Positions 37,648 to 51,119 of a stretch of 64,000 nucleotides of DNA are shown piece by piece. Origin of the DNA: Takakia lepidozioides. Its lineage: Eukaryota > Plantae > Bryophyta. Where the stretch lies: assembly GCA_030704615.1 (NCBI GenBank), contig CM060732.1, positions 64,046,001 to 64,110,000 of the forward strand. Reading direction: 5' to 3'. Position numbers and translations under genes: made by a program. The number at the start of each line of letters is the position of its first letter. The first letter of the stretch is position 1. The notes beneath the pieces are model-generated. The model did not search any database and was not told the DNA's origin. It worked only from the letters and a program-made list of their open reading frames with translations.

Positions 37648-40600
37648 TGTTATCCCTTGGTTTGTGAAACCACCCTATCTGTATTGAAGCCCGGAAGCAG
37701 ACGATGAGGGCCTAAGGTGCTTCCAGTTGATATCATGATCGAACTCAGGAGACACTGTGCAGGATCGAGCAATGGTCACGCTAGCAAGCGGGTGGAATAT
37801 CATTCCAGACGCAGTTGTCGATTTCTGGGGAGTTGCAGATAAGTCCACGGAGGCCCCAGGTGCTCTGGAAGGTAGCATGAATTGCTGCCGCATTGCTTGA
37901 ATTCCGCTCAATATCTGCACATGTTTTGGACCAAGCTTTCCTTGATTCTATCCCCAGATCATAGAAGATATATGCAAGCAAGGCAGAAATAGTTAGGGTG
38001 TCACCCGAAAAAGTCTTTTTGCAACGTGCTCTCCATAGGTGCCAAAGTGTGGAGCTTCTGAGGGTCTCAAAAACTGAGCAAGATATAGCTCTCTATTTGG
38101 ATCCCTGATTGTAATTTAAAAGGATGTCCAGGGTGGATAAGACCCTAGGGTTCCAGAATCTGTAGAACACTCTCACCAGAGGCCAAACCTTGGCTGGCAC
38201 TTGACATTGAAGGAGGCAATGCTCAAGGGATTCCATGATGTTTTGTGTACAGCATTTACATGAAAGAGATGCCTGGAATTGCAGCCACTCCCCTACTTTT
38301 AGCACCCTATTTGCCACTTGCCAGAGGAAGGCTGCTATTTTTGCTGGTTGATTTGATCCAAACAGAGCCCCATATGGCTGGCTAGTTCTCATTCCTGAAG
38401 CCGTAGTGGTCCCATTTGGCTTCCTACTTATTCTTCAAGCAGTGAAAATTAGAGAGGACTTTGTAACCTTTTCTCATGGTGTAGGAAAAGAAAGGCTCAG
38501 GCTCCCTAGCAAACTTCCATGACCACTCCATTGGGTCAAGTTCCAACTCAGCCAGTAGACGACCCAGAATCCAAACAAAGGTGTTGCAGTCCAGCCATTG
38601 CTGCAGTGGCGTAAGGAGATCTGGTTTGGGGTCTAGGGGTTTGCCTGGAATTGACCATCCGCATATTCTGACAGGGGTAAGTGGCCCTGGAGGTATGTCC
38701 AATGGGTTTATTGAGAGAAGGGTAAGAGTGAGGGATGTAGGGTCTATGTTGAATGAAAATACAGAGTGGTGGGTGGGAGCGGTGTCTGTGACAAAAAGAA
38801 TGGTAAGGTTATTTTGTAGGATGACCAGTGCCCAAAAAGGGAGGGAGGGAAGCAATGGACCAGCTTGAAAGAGATGCAATCCACGGTTGAGGTAGAGAGG
38901 TAATGATGTCCTGATAACCAGTGGTCGCTCTAGCCTGTCCAACAATGGGGGCTATGGTTTGTAGTGGCTTAAATGCATTATTTATCCAGATATTGTTGAT
39001 ATGGCAGATCCCGAGACGGTCCCAGGAGGACCAACGTTTGGCTTGGTTCTTTTGCTGAGGAGAAGGATTGTTTGTATTAAGGAACAAGTGCTGGCGAAGA
39101 ATCTCGTAGAATGAAGAGGGTGGTTTCTGAACAAGGAACTGTCGAAACCTGCCCCAGGCCCTCCAAATGTTGATCCAGAGATTGGAGCCAACCGGTTTAT
39201 TCTTGAAACCATGTACAATCCACCGTAGTGAGGGAGCCCAGGAGGAGACCTTCAGAGGGGAGGAGAGGGAGATGTTTTCGTAGACCAGGAACTTCCACAG
39301 ACCCCCTTCTGGCCCAAGAATCTAGGAATCCATTTGGCCAACAAAGCGGAGATCTGGGTATCTGGGTCTATGATCCCTAGCCCTCCTTTTTTCTTTGGGC
39401 GACATATTTGATTCCAAGCCACCTGAGGTCTCTTACTCTCAGTTGAGTTCCCCGCACCCCAAACATAATTTCTAAGGATTCTTCTAACCTCTTGGATCTG
39501 AGAAGAATTAGGATGCCAAACTGCCGCATAGAACCAAATTCCCGCAGATAGAATTTGATTGGCAATGATGACCCTTCCCGTTATGGAGAGGTGTTTGCCT
39601 CCCCAGTAAGAGAGCTTGTGCTTGAGCTTGGTTAAGACCGGTTTGAATTTCTGAGCGTCAGTGAGGTCTATCCCAAAAGTATAGCCCAAGAGGGTTGTAG
39701 TTTCCCCTGGACGAAGCCATTTTAGGCTGTGGTTAGCACCCCAATTAGGAGAGGCACCAAGCCCTGAAGCCAAAATATCCCCCACTAACAAGGCAAAGGT
39801 CTTGTCCCAATTGACCTTGAAGCCAGAGGCTGAGCAGAAGGCATTGAGGGTTGCCTCAGTGGAGTCCAAGTTTTGCTGGTTAGCATCAAAAAGGTATCAT
39901 CGACAAACGTTGAGTCAATGACTTGGGATCTTTGCTTGTAGTTGGTTATCCTGAGTCCTTTGATCTGCATGTCATTCTGAAGCATATATCCCAAGGAATC
40001 TGCCACGACAAGGAAAAGGAATGGAGAAAGAGGACAGCCTTGGCGTATTGATCTCTGTAGGGGGAAGGAGGCTGAAAGCTGACCATTAAGAATGACTCTG
40101 CTTGATGACGAGGTTAGGAGAATCTGAACCCACTTGCAGAAAGATTGTGGGAACCCAATCTTTGACATGGCTGCTAGTAGAAAGCTCCATTCAACTCTAT
40201 TAAAGGCCTTCTCAAAATCTAGGAGGAGCATGGCTATTGCTTGGTTAGTTCTGTGAGCGAAATGTGGGAGCTCCTGAGCTAACAGCAGGTTGTCCAGGAT
40301 ATATCTTCCTTTCACAAAACCTGTCTGGTTGGGGCGAATGATGGAAGGAAGGAGTGGTTGAAGGCGCAAAGCTAAAGCCTTTGCCACTATCTTGTAAGCC
40401 ACATTTAGCAGAGTGATTGGTCGGTAGTTTGAAATATTGGTCCTGTCTCCTTTTTTAAAAAGCAAAGTGATGACACCCTGGGACATAGATGTTGGCATAA
40501 CTCCACTGTCAAAGAGATGGTTAGCCATCGCCGTGAAATCCTCTGATATTTCTGACCATAGGGCCTTATAAAACTCCACCGGAATCCCATCCATGCCTGG

Positions 40601-42057
40601 GGATTTGTTGTTTTGGAGCTTGAAGAGGGCGTTCTCTAACTCCATTTCTGTGAACTGGCCCTCCAAGACCTCAGCAATGTGAGTGGTCAGAATTCTTGGG
40701 GTATTCTGTAGACAGAGTGTTTGGGCAGGTGATGGGAGATGGAAGCCTTGGTTGCTCTGAAAGAGCCGTCTAAAGAAGGCAGCTGACAGATTTTCCATTG
40801 CTTTTGGGGTTGAAGCAGAGAGGCCTGTGGTCTGGTCAGTCAACTCTGAAATGCACTGAGAGGCTCTTATAAGCTTCGTCTTATCAAAAATATATTTGTT
40901 CATTTTCTCTCCGTTGGTCGACCAAGTTACCCCCGCTTGAAGCTTCCATTTTCTCTCTTGCATTCTGTGATGTACATCCAGATTGTTCCTAGCCTACATG
41001 TACGTCTGGAACGTGTGATTGTCACAGTGGGAGGACTCCAGCCTCTTTTGGCAAACTGTGAGACATTTGGTGAGAGCCTTGACTTTCCTTTTCCTGACCA
41101 AGGCCAAGTTCTGGCTAAGTTTTTGGCTAACTATATTAACAGCCCTAAGCTTAGCCACAAATCTGTCAGTTGGGGTCTGAGAGGTGTTGCCAGCTTGAGA
41201 CCAGGATTCCAATAGCTCTTGTTTGAAGGAGGGAAGTTAAGAAGAAGACTGTTAAGCTTGTAAATGCCTCTACCTCTTTTCTGAACTGAGGGGACGGTGA
41301 TTGTGAGAGAAATGGGTGAGTGATCAAAGCCCAGGGGAATTGGCTGTTGATTGTCTCTTGCCGCCCATTGAACGAGATTTAGAGAGACGTATGCTCTCTC
41401 TAAGTGAGCCATACGAAGATCCCCCAAAGCTCTGTTGTTTGTCCAAGTGAAGGAGAGGCCATCCCTTTGCTGCGAGAGGGGGACCGCTTCGGTTAGGCCA
41501 TTGTTTTGCGTGCATGAGAGCCATCTGTCCATCTCGTCTAAATTAGGTGAAAAGGAGCCTGCCCCTCTCTTGTCCTCTTGGCTTTCTATCATATTAAAAT
41601 CACCGACAACAATCCAGCTATCTATATAACTTTTTGCTTGCATATGATCATCCAGAAACGACCAAAAGTCAATTCTTTCAGCTGTCGTGTTGGGGGCATA
41701 AATGTTAAGAAGTCCAATGGTCCCCGTGTTATTGGGAAGGGTGAGGACACACATCTAAGCTCTGCCAGGTATCCAACAGGCCTCAGAAGTGACAAGGCTT
41801 TGCAATGAGGGGGAGAGGAGGATTGCTGTCCCCCCTTTAGTTCCTTCGGAGGTGGGCTTCGAGAAGGCCGAGGCCAAAGGCCATAAATGGTCTGAAAGCG
41901 AGTTTATTTTCATACGGTCTAGTTTATGTTCTTGCAGGAAAATGATGGAGTCTTTTAGGAGGTGAGGGTCTAACCAAGATTTGATTTTGAGGCGCTTGAG
42001 GGAGTTAGGGTCGGCCCCAAGTCCCCTAATGTTCCACGATGTTATGTTAAGTATCAT
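37648..42057 (-). pseudogene. LINE ORF2: AP endonuclease, reverse transcriptase, zf-RVT; disrupted
   Basis: SWNIRGL, FLQEHK, NIYAPN, VGDFN, FDHSP (APE); KSPGMDG, NYRPITLLN, QTGFVKGR, LDFEKAF, RQGCPLSPFLF, FVDDT (RT); KIAAFLWQ..CKCC..ESLEHCLLQC (zf-RVT). In-frame stop at 41755 and several frameshifts. Confidence 0.93.
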
Positions 42058-44434
42058 AAGGTAGTTGAGGAAGGGCGAGATAGGAGGTCTCATTTGATGG
42101 CCCATTTTGACGGAAAGTAAATCTGGCTCTACGGTCTGCGGGAAGAAGGGATTTAGCCCACTGATGCCCAACGGGAGGTTTGGGGGATTTTTTGAGGATC
42201 TGGATAAAGAGAGCACGAAAGATATTTGTAGTTGGCCTGGATGTTTTTGGGTTAAATTGTTTGAATGGTACTTCTTGTAAAGAAAGGGAGACTAAGCTAA
42301 CTGGGTTAGGGAAAAACTCAGCGTTTTGTAGAGCCTTGAGGAGGGGATGTGTTTCTCTTGAATCCAAGGCAATGGGTCCTGAAGGAATAGAGGAAGGTAT
42401 GGATAGCGATGGGAGAAGAGGTCTAGCCTGACAATTACCCTGCTTCTTGACCTTGCAACTAAGAAGCCAGCATCTGCATGAGTCTCTAGAAAGAACTTGA
42501 AAGAAAAAACAGGGCATATGAGAGTCAAGAACCTGGATTGGAGATTGTGGAGTAGGAGATGGGAGGGGTTGGCAAGAAACATGGTGATCGCTGGTTGAGG
42601 CAGGAGGGATGGAGCAGGGCAGCATCGGTGTTGTTGTCATTGGAACTGGAATAGCGGCCTCAGCTTCTCCTAAGAATGCGTTTGGATCTGGAATATTGGC
42701 AGCTGCTTCTTCCGAAGATGAATCCAACCTCAAGTTGGAAGAGGTAGGAGTTGATGTAGGAGCTCTTATTCCGTTGAGGTGATCCCTGGTTCTCTGGATT
42801 TCCATCCTATGATTGTCTTCATCAATTTCCGCCTCTGAGCAAGCTGACAACAATTGAAACCCATTGACCAGGGTATCTTGGTTCCTAATTTGAAGCCTAT
42901 GACCTCCTCTCGGGGTAGAGAGGCCAGCTTCCGAGAGCCATAGCGCTCCATTGGGGGGTTCCGATAGATAGACCTCCGCTTCTTCCACGAGAGCTAGAAT
43001 GTTTGTGTTGGGTCTACTGCCTAGGCCTGGGTATTCCTCCAGGTACGCTCCCCATGTAATCTTTGCTGCTGTGGACAATAAGTAATGCGGGAAGAAGGCT
43101 CGAATGAATCTTTGAATTTTCAGCCTTAGCATTGTAACAGGGTTGCTGGCCGTAGAGCAAGAAAGAGAAAATTGCCTAATATCATTCACTGTAATCCAGA
43201 GGGACTCGGCTAGCTCAAAGTCATCTGATGTGACCAGTATAGATGGGAGATCACCCTGGCGGAAAATGAGGGGGGTAATGCAAACAGCCTTGGGGACATC
43301 CTTGGCTTGCAAAGCAGAACAACCCTTCAATTCCAGGCTTGGAAAGGAGTTTAGCCGCAGCAAAATATTGGCGAACATAGGTTTGATGGCAATCCCTTCA
43401 ATAATTCTAGGAACTGGTATGCTAGATGGCCAAGCAGGCTTGGTGGGTTGAACAAGCTGAATAGTTGATAGTTCAGAAGAAGCCAAAAGGGTAGTACCTA
43501 GGAAATGCCCCTGAGCCTTTCTTGTTGAAGTTTGGGGGTAGTAACAGTAGCTAGCCTCAATTTGCATTGGGTCTATAGAGGAAGTGCGACTGAAATTTGG
43601 TCCTGCAGGTTTAATTTGCATTGTGTCCTGCTGCATAGGGGCAGAGATTGCATTGACGGGACTGAAGGCGGATGAAGGTCTTCCTGAAAGAGTATGATGT
43701 GGATCTCGACCAGCCTGAGGAATGAAAAACTGCTGCGAGATAGAGTGATGACGGTCAAGAACTGGCCTGAGGGGGCCCTCCTGTGTTTGTACTGGTGAAG
43801 ATCTTTTTCGCTTTGTAGATACGCAGTCCGCTTTGAAGTGTCCCTGCTTACCGCAGTTGAAGCATGCCGATGATGTGGATTCCTCAATGATTCTGACAGT
43901 GTAGTAATTACCTTCCGAATCTATAGGGAGCCTCACACATGCAGGCGGGACAGCATCCTTAGGCATCATCAATACAATCTTGGGACAGCCAGATTCATGG
44001 AGACAAGATGCAATAGTACCTGTCTTCCAAGCCGGATCCTTACGCAAGTTCTCTGTGCACATCTGGGGATCAAATACTGACAGACACCCCAAGTAAGAGC
44101 CAAAGTGGTTGGCAATATCTGGTAGATTGCCAAGGTATTGATCCGGAATAAATGGAATTGAGATGATCTTGGGGCCCCAAAGCTTTCCATTTCCCTAATT
44201 TAGAAGACCAGGGAAATATGTTGACATTGAAACCTTGGGTGTGAGGGTTGAAAAGCAAAGCTTGAGCTGCAGCTTCAGGAGTCTCAAAGACAATGGAGAA
44301 AAAACCTCTACCTTTGTAGTGACAAAACTGTTGTCTAAGCTCTCCAGGCCCCCCCAGGTGGCGAATTGCCTAGTCTCTGACATGGGCCCTTTTAACTTTG
44401 AGAAAGGAAGAGTCTCTACGCATGAATGCTCCAC
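42047..44434 (-). pseudogene. LINE ORF1 (DUF4283-like N-terminus, CCHC knuckle, long extension); frameshifted
   Basis: YKGRGFFSIVFET in a shifted frame near 44.3 kb; CFNCGKQGHFKADC. The stop at 42047-49 overlaps the start of ORF2 (ATG 42057). Confidence 0.8.
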
Positions 44435-46149
44435 TCAAGAAATCAGCGGAAAGGAAGTAAGGCGACTGCAGGAACACTCAGTGAAGCAAGAGCGCGAGTG
44501 GGGGGAGTTGCATGGGCTTTAGCGGTGTTAGCTTGGCGGTAACTCAGTCGACAAGGGTGGCAGTCCCATAAATGAAGGTGGCTCTCCGAAGTGTGTCTGA
44601 GAGAGACAGCGCCGCTAAAAGAGAGGGACTTAAATGAGGATAGGGCAACGAAAGGAGGGGTTAGAAAGGTGGCAATACCAGATGCTGATGAAAGGAGACT
44701 TGAGTTCAAAAAAGAGCTCTACCTAGTAGAAGGAAGGATGAAGAAAGGGTAGAGTCCAAAACGAGAAAGGACAGCAAGTAGATACGTCGAAATCTAGAGT
44801 TCAAAAAGGCGATTCGCCTGTTAATGGAGAGGTTATAGATAGTACATTTAGGATCTGTTATGAAGATGACTCGACCAGGACTGTAAGTACGAGGGAAAGG
44901 TAACGAGAGAGACGAATAGACCGTTGGGGTCTCCTTCCGCAAACCGCGGAGCTCCGCCATCGCCCCTCAGCGCCCCACCAAAATTGTCGAAAGTATATCG
45001 ATACTTTCGATTACGCTTCCAATTCGATCGAGACAGTTGCCACCAGAATATTATGTCCATATTTCTAATGATTGACATCCCCTGGATGAACTGTTTCATG
45101 GTCACAACCAATTTTGTTTGGCTTTATGTCTGGAGTTCAACTTCTTGTGCATGAGGATATTACCCAGGTGATTCAAGGCTCAAATCCTGTTACCACGATA
45201 TTTATTAATAAACACTGTGTGATCTTCTAGATTTTTTACTATCTATTCATAATTACTAGAGGGCAGGGCTTGCATGAATTGCATTCATTTGTTGAAGAAG
45301 AGTGGACAGATAGATAATAATTTGGAATTTAGATTCGAAGTTCAATGGATCCTTGCAGCAGCAGCTCCTTGAGTTGGGTGGGGAAGCTTGAGAAAGTGAC
45401 GCAACTTCTTTCCACCAAAGATGTGGAGGAGGTAGCACTCATTTCTTGTGCTCCTCATTTTTGTTCATGATATGAAGAGTATGTATGTTATCACGATAAG
45501 AAGAGTATCTTATCATGAGGCAAGTGATAAATGAGGCCCGGGAGTTCAATGCTCCCTCAGCGGGCCTGCCTGCGTGGCCCCACCCCCGCCCTCCGCCCCG
45601 CATCCCCCTCGCGGTGCCGCCGCGGCCCAACCCCTCCACCCCCGCCCCCGCGCCGGGTCCATCCCTCGTCATAACACTATTATACATTCTCACCACTGTC
45701 ATTTTTGTATTGCACGCAATCCTCATGCATGCCCTATGAATGCAGGAAATACAGCCATCGCATGATGACTTTCCGATCATACACGCACATGACTACTCAA
45801 ACATACATATTTGAAATTTGAACGAGTCCTAGAGTACAGATACACTATATTAGAGTCCGTGAACATTCAAATTTGAAATTTTGAAACAGCATTCAATGTG
45901 CCTCCAAAACAGATGGACGTCATTTAGCGAATGACTGTTTTCATCCAGCTGATTGTCCACCTGTCCCCACTGTCTTCGGCCCTCATTCTGTGTCTCCGAA
46001 CTTCCAGACCTCCTTCATCGCTTGCCCTTGTGTAATCATCAGTGTGTGACGAATTTGAAACACGGTGCCTCTTGCTATCTCAGTGTGGTTTGACCTGCTT
46101 CCCAAGAGACATGTCTGCGAATGAGAGAACTGAAGAGTTTCTCCCTCCT

Positions 46150-46353
46150 GCTGTGCCCCATTTGATCTCCATGCTTCGAAGCCAGGTGCAATCTCCAACG
46201 CCTGGTGCTTTCAATCACACAACGTTACATTGTCATCACCAATGGCATGGAATCCCCGATGGAAGCGACAATGTTGAAGTGGCCTACATTCCATGGGGGC
46301 GTGTGAATAATTTCATAACTGGGGAGTGGACCTTGCACTTTCCAGAAACATAG
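46150..46353 (+). pseudogene. N-terminal fragment of a MULE/SWIM-type transposase-like protein
   Basis: QVQSPTPGAF..DNVEVAYIPWGRVNNFITGE..FP resembles the VQNP..F..W..D.VA.IP..RV.EFI.GE..FP N-terminus of plant SWIM zinc-finger MULE-derived proteins (from memory). Confidence 0.55.
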
Positions 46354-47232
46354 GCAAAGAGGTTGTACATAGGGATCCCTCACTAGAAGCATTCGTGTCA
46401 TTTACCACTGGGGTAACGACTCATTTTGAGTCGTAAAAGTCAAAAACTGGGATCGACTGGAAGTTACAACAGACTAGTTACAACAGACGTGGTAGTTGGG
46501 TTGGACATCCAATGATTGGAGTGGTAAATGATGCAGACGCGCGAACAACTGCTCAGCGATTAATGCGATTAATGTTGAAGAACCACGTGGCGTAACCAAG
46601 CGGGCCGCCCGTGTGTCTGACCTTTTGGGCTGACTTTGACTTTTCCCTCCGGATGAGTGGACCGACTCACTGAAGCGCGGTGACACATGGACGCGGACGT
46701 GGACGACGATGTGGATGCCGACGTGGTGGCGCCACGACGAGCACCACTGCTGCCACGTGGCCACGGGCCCGGGGCGCCACGTGGTAGTAGACCACATAAC
46801 TTGCAGTGCTACATGCCCAGTGGCAATTGCGACTGCGGAAGTTGGCGCAACCACTGCTTTACTACTTTACATGAAGTGCTCAAAATTACTTGAACAATCA
46901 TTCATAGTGACTCATGCTTTGGAGTTTTCGTGTTTGTAGTGAGTCGACTAGTAATGCCATACAAGAGAACTAATCATGCATTAGAAATGCACAAACGATG
47001 AAAGACATGCCATGAAACAAAATGAAATGAAAATGAATGAAATGAAACAAAATGGTACTTTATTACATCTGCGGAAAGCTCAAAGAGCTTATGGGACAAA
47101 ATGAAAAACACAAAGTAAAAAAGCAGCCCAAAAGCTACTGCTGCTCTGGGGATTGCCTAAGGGTCAAGGCCTCGTGCAAGTCAAGCAGTTCTGATCCTCA
47201 TAATGCAAGACTTCAGTGAGTTCCACGGAATA

Positions 47233-48315
47233 GACCATCTACCCATGGAGGTTTCTTGTAGTTACTGATCCACAGGGAATCATAGGTAAATCTTTTGCTT
47301 GAAATTTGGCACTCTAGGATGAATCTGGACCACACTCTATCCCTGCTCCTTCAGCTATCCATGCCCCTGCACAAATCATGCATTCATCCTTGCCTTGCTG
47401 CTAGTAGCTGACAATAACAACCTACATTTGTTCTAGGAAACACCCAACTCAGCTTATCACACTAGTTCATATGCTCAATTGCGTCTGCTACTCTCTGAAA
47501 TGTAGCAGGCATTCACCTTTTTGCCTCGGTTGTCCCATCATTGACTGGGGGCAAAAAAGTATTCATTCCACAGCTTCTCCTCATGTCTGTTACTTGTTTT
47601 TTGATACTTTCCTGTTGTCACATAGCAGTATCATGTCAAAGTCACTCCAAACTAGATTGACTCAACCAGTTAACTTGCATAATTCAACATGGAAATTTTG
47701 GACCGATTCTAATAAGAGAGAAAAACAGGGTGAAATGTGCTGAAGAAGATGCCTTCATTAACAATGTCTGATTTTATCAATTGTGCCGTTGCTGCCAGTT
47801 GACCATCTACCCATGCAGGTTTCTTGTAGCTTCATAGTTAATCTGGAGCTTGAAGTCTGGCCCTCTTGGGTGAATCCACACCCACACTCTATCCTTGCTC
47901 CTTCAACTATCCATGCCTCGCACGAATCATGCATACAACCTTGCCTTGTTGCTAGTAGTTGACGATGACAGCCTAGACTTGTTCTAGGAAGCACCCAACT
48001 CAACTTATCACACTAGTTCCTACGCTCAATTGCATCTGCTACTCTCTATAATCCAACAAACATTCATCTTCTTGCCTCGATTGTCCCACCATTGACTGGG
48101 GTCAGAAAAATATTCATTCCACAACTTCTCCTCGTCTGTGTTACCTGTTTCTGATACTTTCCTGTTGTCACATTGGCAGAATCATGTCAAAGTCACTCCA
48201 AACTATCAAAGCTTCACTCAAACAGCTAACTTGCAGAATTCAGACATGAATAATTAGGGGCGATTTTGATAAGAGGGGAAAACAAGGTGAAATTGAAGAA
48301 GGTGCCTTCATTAGC
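47233..48315. repeat. Diverged tandem duplication, two units of about 520-570 bp
   Basis: Both units begin GACCATCTACCCATG (47233, 47801) and share CACACTCTATCC, CACCCAACTCA.CTTATCACACTAGTTC, ATCATGTCAAAGTCACTCCAAACTA and GCCTTCATTA. Confidence 0.85.
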
Positions 48316-48339
48316 AGTCATTACACTCTATCCTTCGCT

Positions 48340-48480
48340 CAGTCATATTGTTGAACACTCCCTGTCCACAAGGGTATTGTTCAGAATGACATCTGCCACA
48401 ATTCCAGCTTTGACGATGCAACCATGGACCTCTTTGCCCTTCCCCATCAGGCTCGCACATGCACTACAAACGCAAACAAC
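48340..48480 (-). pseudogene. PLS-class PPR fragment
   Basis: CSACASLMGKGKEVHGCIVKAGIVADVILNNTLVD; near-identical to 51282-51422. Confidence 0.8.
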
Positions 48481-51119
48481 TGGTTGTGGCAAACTGGGAG
48501 CAATATGTGTCAGAAGAAACCACTTATACAAATCTACAGCTTACAGGCTGTCTCTATCCTCAAAATTGGCAGCACATCACCCGCTGCTATGACATATATT
48601 GCCCTAGACACACATTGCCCTAACTGCCATCCCCCAAGATGCTACCCCCACCAAACTTCTCTCACTTGGGTCCTTGCAAGGCTGACTTCCAGCTTTGACT
48701 CTGTGCATGGGGCCTATCGGACAACATACACCAGCAAGCCCTCCCCCTATCCTGCATCAACTCATCTCAGTCTTATCAACTGCACAACGTATGATGGGAT
48801 GAGTGCAACATGGGAAAGAGCCACAACACATGATGAGCTGTAGGGAAGAAGCAACATCGTGCAAGTAAAGCAAATGATGAAGCAGAAAGACGAGGCAACA
48901 TGGGAGAAGGGAAAATGGGGTCCAAGGGCTGAGAAGGTCAACTGGTCAACAATGAGGAACTGGCTCTGGAGCACTATGTTGGTGATTAAAGGGAGCAGCA
49001 AATACATGTGGGGCATCGCAGCAAAATGCATGCCAACGAGGGTCAGAATAGTGCAAGAAAGACTCCACGGATGGTGGGCAGCCAAGGGAGATGCAGTGAG
49101 ACAAGGCACTCATGGCAAGGGAGCTGCCAAGACAAAACTGTTGATTAGGCTGCGGAGAAAAAGGAAAGCACAAGATCAACTACGAGGAAAAGTAGCAATT
49201 CAAGCATGGGAGCTGCTGCTAAAACATGAGGAGGAAGACATACGAGGTGAAGCATCAAGGGAACCAGTAGGAGATGAGGAAGATGGAGCACACTTTCTTG
49301 TCAAAGGTTGGCGGCGAAGAATGCAACCCAGCAATCAGAAAGTGAGGCACCCGAGGCTGGACTGCTGCAAAGAGGTACAAAGACAGGAGCTGAGAATGAG
49401 ATGTTGCCTTTCGTTGAAGTTCCCCACACAAGGGCTGTTTGGCAAGCAAAACCCCAGGCAAGGATGAGAGGTAAATCTGGGATAAAACCAGCAGCTGGGA
49501 GTGAGGAAAGACACAAGGAAGGGCAGCAATACCTTGTCAAATCTGAGGGTGATGGCTGGAGAAAATTAAACAAGGACTGGAAGTATGGGAGCAGCAATCG
49601 CATGAAGAAAAATCTGTCTGAGAGGCTGAAGAGTGAAAGGGAGGAAGACAGGCACCTCGCTTATGAAAAGTGGAAGGGCAGGGTAGAAAACCTGATGCCT
49701 GAAATTGATGGGAGCTCGTGGGAGACTCTGCCAAGAAGACTCCAATCAGCTGTTGCCAACAATCAGACCAGTGAAAGATTGCCCTTGGCTGGCGCAACAC
49801 CACAAAATAAGTGCAGCCCTGATAGCATGGTGAGTGGGGCACCAACAGAGCCAGAAAATGAGGGAGAAGGAGGAGACTTCCCTACCAAGAAAGTCAATGC
49901 GAGCCTGCAGTGGCATGCAAGGAAAGGGACACCGTAAGTGTTGCCAACAGATGTAAATCAGTGCTCATTCATTCGAAAGCACCACGGGAGATGAAGGAAA
50001 AGACACATGCAGGGACGTTGAAGCATAAAAGAGGAGAGCACTTCACTTGGGAAGAAAGTGAAGCATTGGAGAACGAGGCTGATGACTGGCAGTCTGAAAA
50101 GGAAAGGCGGTTGTGGGAAACCCTGCCAAGACCCAAGACAACCATATAGAGAGAATCAAGCAGGTGGGAACTGCCCTTCATTGGGGTGGTGCAAACAAGA
50201 GCAAGACCAGAAGCTGAACTACATGAGAAGATAGTGTGTCATCACAGATGGAGACCCTGGAAAATGCTCTGCCCAGGAGATGAAGAACATTAGGCAACTA
50301 GAAACGTGGGGGGGCTGAATATGCTCTGCAGTCAACTTGGCTTGTTGAATGCTTGCATAAGAGATGAGGGGTTGCTGTCAGTACACAGCATTGAGTTCAT
50401 CAAATCCTACAACAGCCCACCATCGCTGCCCACTGCTTACAAACTGCCACAAAAATAGTTTCACAGGACTTACAGATGATTGGTGGAAGGCAAGGCCCCT
50501 CGCCATGGGCCAGATTAATTGTATGTTGCAGCCCATAACAACGACGGGAAGTCATCTAGGGCAGCAAACCCCATCTTGGCAGCGTCTGTTGTGTGAGAGA
50601 AGTCAAGCTGAACCTGCTCATCATATCGAGTGGGATGGACCAGATGTAAAGCTGCCAAGCCAACCACACTCATATTCGCACTCAAGCAACATAAGCTGGA
50701 GCCATTTTCAGATTATGAATACCCGTGTTTTATGAATACTTCTTCTTCAACTTGCGGTGAACGGGCAAAAAACTTCACAATGTGCAGCAGATTAATGGAC
50801 CAAGATGCGGAGCTGAATTGGGTATCCAATTAGGTAATGCTGGTTTCAAAACCCCGTTCCATCCCTGCGTTTCGAAGATCTGGCTTGAATGGGCACACTC
50901 CGGCAGTGGAAGGCTCACGGAGTAATGAGTTTGGGCTAATATGCATGCTGACATGCGCCGGTGCAAAGAACAACGTTCTCAGTGGCAATTGTGATCTCAA
51001 AATCTGCCCCTGCATTCAAGCTGATTTCTCTCTCGAGCAGAGCTGCCTTGTGGATGTTCCAGCCAGTGTCCAAAAACAGCTCAAGTGCAAGACAACAACA
51101 TCAGCAAGGCATGGTTAGC

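Larger units (their letters stand above)
37279..44960 (-). mobile_element. Full-length, decayed L1-clade non-LTR retrotransposon
   Basis: T-rich run at 37279-37301 (poly-A tail on the minus strand); ORF1 and ORF2 as listed below. The 5' end is approximate. Confidence 0.9.

Noticed and set aside
41755-41757. Programmed read-through of the in-frame TAG in the LINE endonuclease
   Set aside because: ORF2 has several other frameshifts, so ordinary decay is the simpler explanation.
44987-45010. CGATAC(TTT) as the LINE target-site duplication (also at about 37273)
   Set aside because: The match is short and lies within a separate palindrome (TCGAAAGTAT-ATCG-ATACTTTCGA), so it cannot fix the 5' end confidently.
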